A stretch of 64,000 nucleotides of DNA from contig JBITNC010000001.1 of assembly GCA_050084985.1 (NCBI GenBank), positions 197,036,001 through 197,100,000 of the forward strand, read 5' to 3'. Of the stretch, positions 1-12,255 are shown piece after piece. Positions within the stretch are counted from its first letter, which is position 1, and each line of letters starts with the position of its first letter. The notes beneath the pieces are model-generated. The model was not told where the DNA came from, made no database searches, and worked only from the letters and a program-made list of their open reading frames with translations. The DNA comes from Nageia nagi. Its lineage: Eukaryota > Plantae > Pinophyta. The position numbers and the translations under genes are program-made.

Positions 1-1172
1 AAAATAAAAGAGGTTAAAAGAAGAATATGGAAGTAAGCTAGAATGAAATTTATGTATGCAATAGGGAAAGTAGGAGGTTTGTGGATCTTATGGAAACCTA
101 ATTTCAAAGGGTTCCTTTCTTATCCGAGCAAAGGATTTTTCTAAGATCCTTTAGGATTCCTCATGGGATCCTTTGCTTGAGGTTCTTATCAAATAAAAAT
201 GGTATAATGTTCCCATTTTTATTTTTAAAAAAATAAAGGGTAATGAATCTTGTACTCATGCTATTCTAATATTCATTGTTGACTTTAAAATCTAGTACCA
301 ACTAATCAAGCATAACCACCTAAAGCCCCAACTCTTGTCCCTTGTAGAATCGTTCTCTTGCAAACCCATTCCTCACACACATGTTTATTATAGGTTTTTC
401 TAATATCTTTTAATTACAATTGAGTCTAATCTTTTTTGGTATTTAGGTTAAAAATATGATAAATATTTTTATCCTATAGTATTTTAAGTATTATACATAT
501 ACATATTTCACTATCCAATTCATGTGAATTAGTTCTTAAGTTTACTATCAATATTATTTTTTGAGATTGATAATCTTACATGGGTGGGATGGATGTTTTA
601 GTTTTGTGTTGATGATGCTTTTATAATAAGTTAGTTTTCCTTTTTTATTTATTTATTTGTAATTTTAATTTTCCAAAGCCACTAGGATGAATTCCTCTTA
701 TTATAATAGCAAGAGCTTTTTCCCAACATCAAATGCTGATGGAACCCCTTATTTAATATATATAGGCTTGCCTTAGTCAAAATTATTGTATTTTGATACT
801 CTTTTTTATTTACTTTACTATTACATATTGGAGTTTCATTAGGCACTCCCTTTATCTTATTATATGTATTTTTCTACAATCCCATTAACCATTTTTTTTC
901 ACTTATGAATATTAATATAAAATTTTAAATTTATTATCTAAATGGGTTATGTTAATGTGCATGCTTAAAAAATCAAGAATTCTTCTCTAGGAACCTTCTC
1001 TTGAACTAATGGGTCACCTCCTCTCTTAAGGCTTTGGTAAGTGACAAGAACCTTAGTATCCTTGTGGCCTTTTCCTTTTCAATATTTTCTTGTTGAGTAG
1101 GATATCACATGGTAGTTTGATGCTGAACTTATTTTCCAATGTTTACACCATTAGTTATCATAACATCACTCG

Positions 1173-2520
1173 CTACCATTTTGAGGGCATTTTCAAAACT
1201 TGATGGTGATTAAGATTATGATTTCCCCAAAATGGGATATTGCATTTTTCTCTGAGTGGAAGAAACCTCTTAGATGATCTTATCTCCACATTGAAATTTC
1301 TAGCATTAGGATCTACAAAGATCATGAAATTAACCTTATATTTTGGTAACTCCAAATTGCAGTTGGTGGCTACTCCTCCACTGGTAATCAATTGGGCTTG
1401 ATTACAATAGATGAAGCAACTTGATTGCATATGTGGATTGTTGCACATTGAGCACCAATCTAATTGGGGTAAAATTGTTGTAGGATATGGTGAAATGTGC
1501 ACATGATCTCCTTGCTTTTACAGGATCTGTTGATTTGGCATTCCTTCCAAAGATGGGTAAGTATACCTTCTTAGCTATTGTCCATCATACCTCTAATGTT
1601 ATTCATTATATCTTTGATATGATCTTTTCTCATGAACATGTGAGTTAGACAACACTCATACTAATGCTTTCATATTGTTGATATTCATTTTCATTTAACC
1701 CTTTGGTTGCATATGATCTTCTTATTGTGGTATCAGGAGAGCTAAGTTCATAGGTGGAGTGACTAACGCCAATCATATAGGGGTGGTGTGGGTAAGGTAG
1801 GTGGTACATAGGATGTTAGGGGTTTTAACTAAGAATTAATGGGCATTAGAGGGATTTGGTTTAAAGGAGGAACCATTTTTGATGGGTATTTCCCTAGCGT
1901 AAAGCTTTGACTAAGGTGTGAGATGACAAGCATGACCATTCGGGAAAGTTGTTTTCCTATAGAAGCAAGAAGTTTTCCTATATATACAAGTACTATTTTA
2001 GCTTACACTATAACTTGGTATACATTAAAAAAATCAATGACTCATGACATTTAGATCTTGTGTACGAGATCATGGGAAAAAATATGTAAATAGTACATGA
2101 GGGCTTGGGAAGCAGGAAGCATTACTGCTTGTGGGGATATCTTACAAGATTTTTCAAAATGGATTTTAAAATTTATTATGTTATCCTACTCATGCCTTTT
2201 AATTGTCATGAATTATGAGATAAGATAATATGGGTCTCTCACCTCATTGAAATCTAAGATGAATGATTCAGCTAATTGGTCCTAAGTAGTAATAAAGTTG
2301 GTAGGTAGGGTCTTATACTAATCTAAAATTCTCCTTCAAAATGACATGGAAAGAATTCTAAGCATGAAATATTGATTTGTAATGGTTTTTTCCATGTAGG
2401 CTACATCCACACAATGCTCATAACTGATCTTTTCCATTCCATCATAGTATTGTAATGCTTTTAAGGATTATGGCAAGATATCATGAGCTATTGTAATCTA
2501 CAGTGGTTTAACGATGTCAC
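1173..2520 (-). pseudogene. Degenerate Ty3/gypsy (non-chromoviral, Tat/Athila-like) gag remnant, element Z
   Basis: Minus-strand translation PL*ITIAHDILP*SLKALQYYDGMEKISYEH...MLRILSMSF*RRILD*YKTLPTNFITT*DQLAESF matches the retrotransposon gag core. ORF 1173-1502 has a CX2CX3HX4C knuckle (WCSMCNNPHMQSSC). Many stops. Confidence 0.7.
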
Positions 2521-3344
2521 AACCAGGATAAATTTATTAATTCATTTTGGTTTTATAATAAGAATAGGTTTCACTTTATGGTATTAAGGAAAATATTTAG
2601 GTATCAAAAGATGGGTGTATAGAGCTTGATTAGGGTCCAAAAAGGATTGGTTCTTTGTAAGGCTCTTTTTGATTTTAAGTCCAAGGATTAAAAAATTAGA
2701 CTATCTTTGGAGGCTTTAGCTTTATATATTGTAAAAATGTAGTATAATAAAGCTCAAAGGGTAAAACAAACAATAATTATAGCTTCTTGTAAGAACTATA
2801 TCTTAATTTTAGCAGAGTTTCCACCAAGGTTTTTAGAACCCTAGATCTTTATCACTAGCAAGATGCATCCATCCAATCAAGCATATATCCATGACTATAA
2901 GATTTTTTCAACTTTAGTTGTAGGTAATAATTAACCAATAAAATTTAGATTCTAAAAATATAATCTATTTTTTTGAAATAAACTCTTGATCTTCAACAAA
3001 TTCTCCAAGATTCAATCTAAGTTGTTAATGATAGCTCATGATAACCAACTACTAGTTGCATCTGATGTCACATGGTCTTATTATCATTTAATGGACCTTA
3101 TGAGTCATAAATATCCTCTTATAACATATTAAAGAATTTATTTATATTATCATAACATTTTCTAGACTTTAACTGAATCATTGCATTATTCTTTGAATTG
3201 TTATGCCATTCTGAAACTTCTTACTATTTATTGTGGCATTCTAAAGTCTTGGGCTTAGTTGTCATGTCTCTTTGATCTCTTTAAATAAATTTTCACATCA
3301 TCATGAGTCTTCATTCACCTAGCCATAGTATGGAAAAAATCCTT

Positions 3345-3730
3345 GATAATGTCATTATCTCAAAATAGTGGTAAGTCTTCTAAAATCCTCATTAAACTAC
3401 TATGCTTGGATATGGGATCGAAAATCATGATGTCATCGCTAAAATAGTGTGGCATCCATCTTTAGAAAACACTGACATCATCACCTTTAAAATATGGAAA
3501 AGCCTTAGAATAATCTTATGTCATGGTTGAGGAGAGAAAAAGTTGACATCACAACATTAAAATGTTACGTGTGATTTAATCGAATTAAAGCACATCTTCC
3601 CCATAGTCCAATAGTGTACATGATAATGTAAGCTAGTGTAAATTGTGACATTGACTAAAATTACCTCCATAGCTTCTTAATTGTGATGCAACACTATGAA
3701 TGTTGATGTCATCCATTATAAAATATGGTA
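3345..3730. repeat. Highly degenerate dispersed repeats (GA(T/C)(G/A)TCATC...AAAATA(T/G)(G/T)G) upstream of the Z gag
   Basis: About 5 loose recurrences, e.g. tgtcattatctcaaaatagtgg, gatgtcatcgctaaaatagtgtgg, gacatcatcacctttaaaatatgg, gatgtcatccattataaaatatgg. Confidence 0.35.
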
Positions 3731-3747
3731 TTGAGCAAAATTCTCTT

Positions 3748-4928
3748 TATGAATGGTTCAAAACCTTAGTACCTGAATCACTCAAACCATATATGAGCAC
3801 TCAAAGAATATTGAATCATTCAAATATAATTTTCCTATGATGTGATTTGACAAGAATGATAAGAAAGTGTTTAGGGATAGTCCTTTATGCTTCAATGTTG
3901 CGAATGATGTTCATATCTAAAAAATAATAAATATTAGTAGGGACCTCAAATCACAAGTTCTTTGGACCTTGTGATTGTCCAATTGAGGTGAAACCCCAAC
4001 TCCAAGAGGTTATAGGTCCCCTAATCTAAAATAATGCATGCTAGAAAAGATCATAATGTGTAAAGTGCAATAATGATTTAGACTCATAAAGACTATGGAA
4101 AAATGCTTAGAAAATGATAAATGATAAAGATAGTTGACAAAGCTATGATAAAGATTTAACAAATATAATGTATGCTCAAGGATCTAGCTAAATGAAAAAG
4201 TGTGATAAAAATGAATATGAATTTAAAGATGCAAACAATAGATCTAAATTCTAAAATGCAAGAAACATAATAAAGAACCTTTAAATCCTAGGGTTTGGAA
4301 CTTAAAGATCAAACCCTACCATAAAACCCTAGTATGAATTAGCCTTAATAATGCCTATATAATAAGCACAAATGTAAAGCTATAATTAAATGAAGGATAC
4401 AAGTATTCAATTAATAATGTTTTGAGCTTCAAATTTGCAATTAACCATGAAATAAACCATTAATAACCTACACAAACCTCAAATGACCAAAAGGTACCTC
4501 AATCCATGAAGCATGGAGAAGTGTTTCCAAGGTGTGAAGAGGAGAGCTTAAGATGTGATGTAACCTTTGCAATGATGTTAGAAAATCTTGGTACAAGATC
4601 AAGAAAGTGCAGAGGTCATAGAGTCTATGCAAGAGCATATTAGAATGCAAAATATTCTTGAAATATGTGCATTCTAAATTTTATAGTACTTAATCAGGAT
4701 CATCCTATTGACTATGATACATGCAAGATCATCTAGGAGACTAACAAGTCTAGATGACTAGGAATAAATATGTTAGCATAACCTAAATCCCATAATTGAG
4801 TCCATCACTCTGTTTGAAGGACCTGCAAAACATACATTAGCCCAACATGATAGTATGATACATAATAAATGTTGAAAAGTCAATGTAACCCTATAAATGA
4901 TGAAAAATGCATTTATAGGGTGTTTACA
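3748..4928 (-). repeat. 3' LTR of element A
   Basis: Collinear with 36156-37344 (tgaatggttcaaaa...tagggtgttt(a/g)ca). On the minus strand it starts TGTAAACACCC directly after the PPT. Confidence 0.93.
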
Positions 4929-4940
4929 ATTTCCCCTTTT
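4929..4940 (-). other. Polypurine tract of element A
   Basis: Minus strand AAAAGGGGAAAT immediately before the 3' LTR. Confidence 0.85.
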
Positions 4941-5518
4941 TATGCTATCGAACCTATGTCAAGCTAAGTATAAAAATATGTTAAGCTAGTAAATTGATAA
5001 TAATAGTCAATAATGATAAATGATTTATGATAAAAAAATGATTAGGATGAGAGCTTATTTCGATGCATGATAGGACATATAAGATCATCCTAATCACTCA
5101 ACCCTAGTCTATTTTCTATGCATGACATGCCATATAATACATAATCAAGTACCATGAGGATCCAACAAAGTCTAGTTTTGGTGCATGATAGGTTTTATAA
5201 TATGGAATTAGATCTCATGATAATGGATCTATGATAAAATTATGATATGTAGATCAAGTAGCCATTAGAATGATAAGGCAAAATTCCAATATTATATAAT
5301 CTAATCTAAGCTAAACTAATATAAGTGCTAAAAGGAAAATGATATCTGATTTACCATAGTAATTAAAAGAAATGATCTCTACTTTACCCTAATAGTCGAA
5401 GGGTGTCTGACTCTACTTTGCTGCAATAGTCAAAGGGAGTGATTGTAGGCACATAGACCTACTAAGTGTGGGGTTGTAGCATGCAAGAATATGATGTTTT
5501 ACAAGAATGACCAAGCCA

Positions 5519-5752
5519 AATATGATGATGTCTAATTATGTTGATTGCCAATCAATCATGTCATGCTAAGATGATAATGTTGAACATGGTGATGTTAGAA
5601 TGTGTTTATTGCCAATCCATCATGATGAGATGCAATGATAATATCAAACATGACTATGTCAAAATATGATTATTTCCAATCCATCATGTTGACCTAAAGT
5701 GACCATGTCAAGCATGATGATATCAAAATATGTTTATTTCCAATCCATCATG
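5519..5752. repeat. ~64-bp tandem repeat (x4) in the 3' UTR of element A
   Basis: Core TT(G/T)CCAATCCATCATG recurs at ~5545, 5609, 5673 and 5737. Confidence 0.75.
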
Positions 5753-7332
5753 CCAAATTGATAATCATCAGATGAACATTCATGATGCAAGAAAAGTTGA
5801 CCATGCATCCAAATGCCCCTAACAAAGTCATGATGTACCTGCTAAAAAGAAAAAAATTGATTAATTTAAAATCATATGTGAAAATTTACCCCTCAAATAG
5901 GAAAGTGTAATGGATGAAAAGATAATATGCCTACCCATTTTGATTGAATAGAATAGGATACGATGGTCATGATCGAAGGTTTACAAAGTGTGACCTAGAG
6001 TGAGCAAATCATCTGAATGACTATAAATCATCCAAAAGATTAGGGTTATCAAATTATTCAAGCAATTAAATGATCTTATTAGGGTAAAAATGAAAAATAA
6101 AAAGGAAAATCATGATTTGATTGTTCATTTGCATCATTAGCTTTTTGGCATTTACAATTTGCTATCTGTTGGATACCTAGGCAACCTAAGTGTTAGAAAA
6201 ATAGGTTGACAGAGATAGACCTAATCATTTACATGGTGGTGGCTATAGGGAGAACCACCTCCCAAGAAGGTAGGTCTCGAGAAACCCTCATCTTGGTTTA
6301 TTGTATTATTATTTTTTATTTTTTGGTTAGTTATTTTAGTTGTTTCCTTATTGATTGTGCAAGAATAAAATAAATGCTTAGTGAGAGTATAAACCCCTAA
6401 CCCTAGTGACAATGTAAACTAAAACAAACCCTTTCACATTTTACATGAATGGTTGTTGTATTGATTGTTAGGGTTTGCTAGATTAGATTATTATATTGGA
6501 ACAATATTTGAATTAGGTTTAATAGTACACTCACTGTAGATCATTGCTTAGCTAAATATTTTTTATTTTAAGAAACAAAGAGGATGAAAAACACCAACAC
6601 ATATGTTTGGCCATGATTATTATTTATTGTTATAGATTTAAATTGTAGGTTAAGAACATAATCAATTAGATAAACCCTCTTATATGGCATTTCATGGTTT
6701 TGTATTAATAGAAATAAAATAAATTGAGGTAGATATCAGGAAGTAAAAACCCACACAACATAACCAGATTTGGTTTACATATGGATTAAAATAATCAAAA
6801 ACCCCCTAGAATAATAAGACTAGAACACAAATATTAAAAACTATCCCCTAGATTTACCTTGCACAAACCATGCTAGTCGATAAAACATAACACAAACATA
6901 GTAAAATACCCTAAACAATAATTTGAGATGTAATATGCTTACCTAATGCAATGTAGATCATAACTTTTTTATTTTAAAATTTTAAATTTTGATCTAGAAT
7001 AGTTAATTTTTTTCAATTTTGAACATTTGTAAATTGTCTAGATCCTAAACGATCCAATTTGGGGTCATCTAGGTGAAGAATGATTGTAAAAATTGTTCAA
7101 ATGATTTGATAATTCATCTAAGCCTTAGATGACTAGGTTAAACTAGTTGCACATAAAGAGTATGATTTTGACTTAAGTTAAACTGACCAAGAGATAAAAA
7201 ATGTAACTTAGATGAACATTCAAATGGACATTCTAGGTGACACGTAGGATTGACTTAGACATAGAGACCACTGAACTAGCAATAGAAAAATAAGCCAACC
7301 AATAAGCACTAACATATCAAAATATGTGCTAG

Positions 7333-9514
7333 ATGAAACTCAAGCATAAGTTTCAATCACTCTATACAAAGGTGCAATCAATGCTGACACTTGTTAACTG
7401 GGCATGGCTAGAGGATATGGGGTTCATAGGAGCCATGAGGATTCTCTCGATCAAGGGAGATACCTCCTACATGATTGCACTTAAGGAGCACTTTGATCTA
7501 ATTTGCTAAAAAAAAATTCTCTCAACAAGGGAGATGATAGTCACCCTCAAGGATATATATTGGATACTCAAAGTGCCACTCAAGGGTAAGTAGGTGATAG
7601 TCATGATGGACAAGGTGGTTATTAGACCATACTTCGATGAGGGGTATCGAACATGGGACATCTCCAATGGAGGGGTGCTCATTGATCTACTCTATCATTA
7701 GGGTTATCTTGAACAAAGGGATGCAATGGATATGCTACTCATTTCATCTTTCATCTTAACATATTCCTCAGGACCTAGGTTCCCTTAGAACATGTTCAAG
7801 GTGGTGAGAGGATGGTCCTAGAGATCATAATGTTTGCTTAGGGCCAACATTGCTAACATAGACTTATGGAGAGTTGGAGGTAGCAGCTCAAGGATGATGA
7901 GGTGTGAGCGCCTCACTCTTGATCTAGATATGGGCATGAGCACATTCAGCTTAGGAGGTCAAACAAACTTCCTATCAATGTGCACATGCCAGAGATGATG
8001 GGGAAAATCCCCCCAATGGCAAGGACAAAGTTGCCATATGCTCGATGCTAGGAGAACAAGTAGGAGAGACTAAAATGATGCCCTCATGAGGGAAATACAA
8101 ATTGGTACATGTATATGCTTATGGGGTTACAACCCAAGATGTCATTTATCAACCATACTAAGGGGCATGCATGGGTAAAGGATGCAATGTAGTTAGTGCA
8201 TGCCTTCAAGAATAAGCATATAAAAGGTTGATATGTAAGGTATATGGATATATTTCAATTTGAGAGAGTCCAATGCCATCATAGGTTGGTATAGAATGTG
8301 CCTCTAGATTCAAAACTCTATGGTAGAGTGAATAGGAAGGGCTCAATGAGGCTAAGAATAGCATATATCGATCTAGATGCAGTGCCATACATGCTAGTGG
8401 GCTGTAATGGATGATGTAAGCACCATGCCCAAGTATGATGCTTGGTGGGCCTCATAAAGGTACCAAATACTATCATGGCTCATTGTGAAGAGGTAAAGAG
8501 GAGCTCCTACCATAGACCCATGGGTCCCTAAGGGAGGAATTGGCTTAGGTTTCAAGAAGGAGGTGATCGAGGAGGTCAAGGGGGAGGATGAGGGAGAGGA
8601 CAATGATACCCTAGGAGATGATGATGAGGAGGAGGATCCTAGGATGGAGGACCTTATTGAGCAGCCAAAGCAAGAGGAGGTTGAGTTAAAGAGAGGGGAT
8701 CCAAGGGGTAGGACCCTAAAATTTGAGTTACAGTAGCTCAACCCTTAGATGACATAGCTATAAGAAGAGCATGATGCGCTATAGGCCTAGGTTGATGAGA
8801 TGCAATGATAGCTAGACCTAATGCAAACTTAAGTGATAAGAGAGCAGGATGTTAGGGCAATAATAAAGGTAACAAAGATAGATGCATATAGAGTGTGAGT
8901 AGATGCAAAGGAGCTAGCTAAGATTCTATAAGATCAACTCGAGATTGAGCAGATCATGAGGGCAACAAAAAAGACTAGGATGAGGCCCTATAGGGTGACA
9001 TGCAGTCACTATTACTAATGTTTGCTATGATTCCAAGGGAGAGAGATAAGCTAAGAGTGTAGGTTAAGGGGGGCATGGACCCAAGTGTAGATATCAGCAC
9101 CCAAATGGATTCCCTATTGATAGGGCTAGGTGATAAGGGATATGTGTTAGTCAATATGGTTTTCCAAAAGGACCCACAGGTGATAGGGATAAGGATAGGG
9201 ATGGGACCTCTAGATGCTCCTAGTGACATGGCTAGGTAGTTGAGCTAGGCTTTAGATGAGGTGGATAGGGCCAATAGCAGAGAGCTATCCTAGCGTAGAT
9301 AATTGGTAGAGGTAGGATTAGTCCCCATTAACACAAAGGCATCAAGGATGACATCAATAGCGATCCATATCATAAGTTATTGGGTAATTTTTTAGGTCAC
9401 TACCTTCAATGGGATAGAGCTATGATATAGGTGAGATCCACCCATCAAGGGCACATGCAAAGGGGAAAGGATGAAGGAGAGATTACCCCACACCCTAAGG
9501 GTGCAAATATATGA
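7333..9514 (+). pseudogene. Antisense extra ORF of element A: plant mobile domain (PMD, MAIN/MAIL-like) protein with acidic and coiled-coil C-terminal part, degenerate
   Basis: Translates WLEDMGFIGAMRILSIKGDTSYMIALKEHFD...LSTREMIVTLKDIYWILKVPL (PMD motif ALxERW..TFHLPxGEMTITLEDV), later FERVQCHHRL (PERVxRQFG-like), KYDAWW and EEVKGEDEGEDNDTLGDDDEEEDP. Stops and frameshifts present; ends approximate. Confidence 0.8.
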
Positions 9515-12255
9515 CATGATTATATATCATTTTTAGCACCACAGTGCATGCGAGACCATGTATACACATTTTTGAGTTAGAAATTGATGGATACCTAATG
9601 ATGCATTTATTCGATGTATGCAACATGTGTTATGGACTCTCTATATGCTCTCCTATATGACTTTTATATTGACATGTTATGTGATATGGTGTGATGACTT
9701 TTTGTTGACCCAATATGTATGTGGATATTGTATGGACATATATGTACCTTTTTGACATGGCTCTATGTGATATGATGAATTTGAGACTACATGCTTATGT
9801 ACATGATTATTATGGATGCATGGATTTACTTGTATGTTATGCATATGAATGAGACTATGAATGAATGTGAATGATTAATATGAAACCTAAAGAATTAAAA
9901 TGAACACTTAAAATAAACTTAAAATGCACTTAAAAAGACTCGAAATGAAAACTTAATAAAAGACTTAAAGTGGACCTAAAATTAATGCTAAAAGAAACAT
10001 TTAAAATGAACCTAAAAGGACTTAAAACGAAATTCTATGCTTAGCCACATCACATGGGTAAATGAACTTGTATGCCTAAACACACAAAAGAATAAATATA
10101 ATAAAAAATACACAAATGATCATTAATAAACAAACACAAAATATAAATAATGAATAATGATAAAGAATAAGACAATGAACAAGTCTTGAAAATGAAAATA
10201 AACCAAACACATGATCATAAATAAAATGACCAAAAGAAGACCTAAAAAGACATAAAACAAAATTTAAAAGAATTATGTAAAATAAAATTAAATAAGACCA
10301 TGTAATAAATGACTTATAAGATAAGATACATGGATTCCTAATAACAATCCAACATAAAAAAAGAAGCCAAAATGCTACTAGAATTTTTTCATGAAGGTGC
10401 ATAAAATGAGGTGAAAGTATGTTGTAAAGACCCCCTATGATGTACTCGAATTATGTGGATCATGATAAACACAATCCTAGGCCAACCCAAGATATTGCTA
10501 GAATGTGACCAAATTGACCCAAAATGGAAAAAAAGTGAAAATAACCCTTTTAAAAAAGTGAAAAATAGAGAAATTTGATGAATAATAACAATCGACCATG
10601 GTGATGATTTGATAATACGTCTAGACAATATCATAGATGGTTGTACGATATAAATGGAGGATCCAACAGTTCAAAAAATAGAAGTCATTTGGTCTATTTT
10701 TGAAATTGAAACAGATGGCTACCTAGACTAGGGTAACAACGCTTTAGTACTCCTTGAAAGTGCACTATTACAAGTAGCCTTCGAAATGACTTGTAAAAAC
10801 CTACCAAATGATGAGGCTAGGCTATGATTGCATTTATATTGGTGAAGGAATAGAAAAATATGAATATAAAAATGAATATCATTTGACACACCAAAATGAC
10901 AAATCAAATAGCCAATTTTTACAAGCATCAAATTTCAGGACCTTTGTCCCTGAACCAAAATGATCATCGAAATGTTTGCGAAACAACTCAAAATGATATG
11001 ACATGATATGATAGGGTGTAATGTGACAAAATATGAACCAATTACAATCTTGGAAAATAATGTGACATAGGTCAATATGCAAGGGTGACCGTGCATACAA
11101 GCGCAAGAGGCCAACTTTGAACTTGAAACAAATAGACGAGATGTGATAAAAAAACAAATGAAACTTGCTTTCTAATGATACTAGTATGAGAATGAAGCTA
11201 CTAAAACTAATTATTCATCAAATCATCAAGGTTAGACATGCTTACAAAAGATAAACAAAACTAAATTTTGATAAAATGAAAAAAAGATGAAACATGAAAG
11301 CAAACAAAATGTGACGAAAACATAAACGACTAGGAACATGAAATGAAAATGACCATAAAAGGGATGAAAAATGATAAAACCAGATAAAGGAAGGCTTACA
11401 TCCATGAACACAAGCCCAATGATGTCATCGATCATGACAAGTTTGTATGGTATTTCCCTAAAAAATTGTAATAGTTTGCATCCTATGATCAGTCCCAAGG
11501 GAATGCTTTTTGAGAAACCTTGTATGTGATTGAGACCCAAGTGTTCATATCCTCATCAAGAATTTTTGGATCATGCATGGTGACAAGTGACATAGATGGA
11601 CATGTGAAAATACCAAGGATGGATTTTTACATGAGAAGAGCACAAAATATTTGACACAACAAACAAAATGAACAAAGATAAAAAATAAAATATAGATAAG
11701 ATAAAGATGAAAAAAATAAATGACTTGAATCGATTGAGTTTTTTTGGGGTTGACTTCCATGCATGTTTAGGATTGTTCTTGATTTCTCACAAAATAAAGA
11801 TAATGTCCAACAAGCCCAACTCAGATCAAGATAAAGAGCAGGGAAACAACATGATAGACGCAAGATGATGACAAAAGATAGAAATGACATGATGACATAA
11901 GGACCAATTCATGATAGGGAGATGAGTGATTGGTGGCCTATATGCACCTAAAAAAAGGTAAAATGACACTAAAAGTGGAGAACTAACTAAATATCGACTC
12001 GTAATGATATGATAAAAAAGGAAACAAAGTGGTGAAACAAAATAAGTGGTACACACACCTAATCCCAAAGAAATAATTGTACATAAGTCATTCCTTGAAA
12101 CTTAGGCTAAGATAAATGAGTCATTAGATCAAAATAAGATGCTACAATAAATAAAACAAGGATGAAAAGATAAGATGCAAGCACAAACAAACTAATATGA
12201 TAAACCAATGATAAACACACATAATGATAAATAAAGATAAATAAGGAAAGGAAAA

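Noticed and set aside
10076-12068. Hydrophobic F/I/L-rich minus-strand ORFs that could suggest an env-like gene
   Set aside because: Artefact of T-rich low-complexity sequence; overlapping short ORFs in several frames with no conserved motif.
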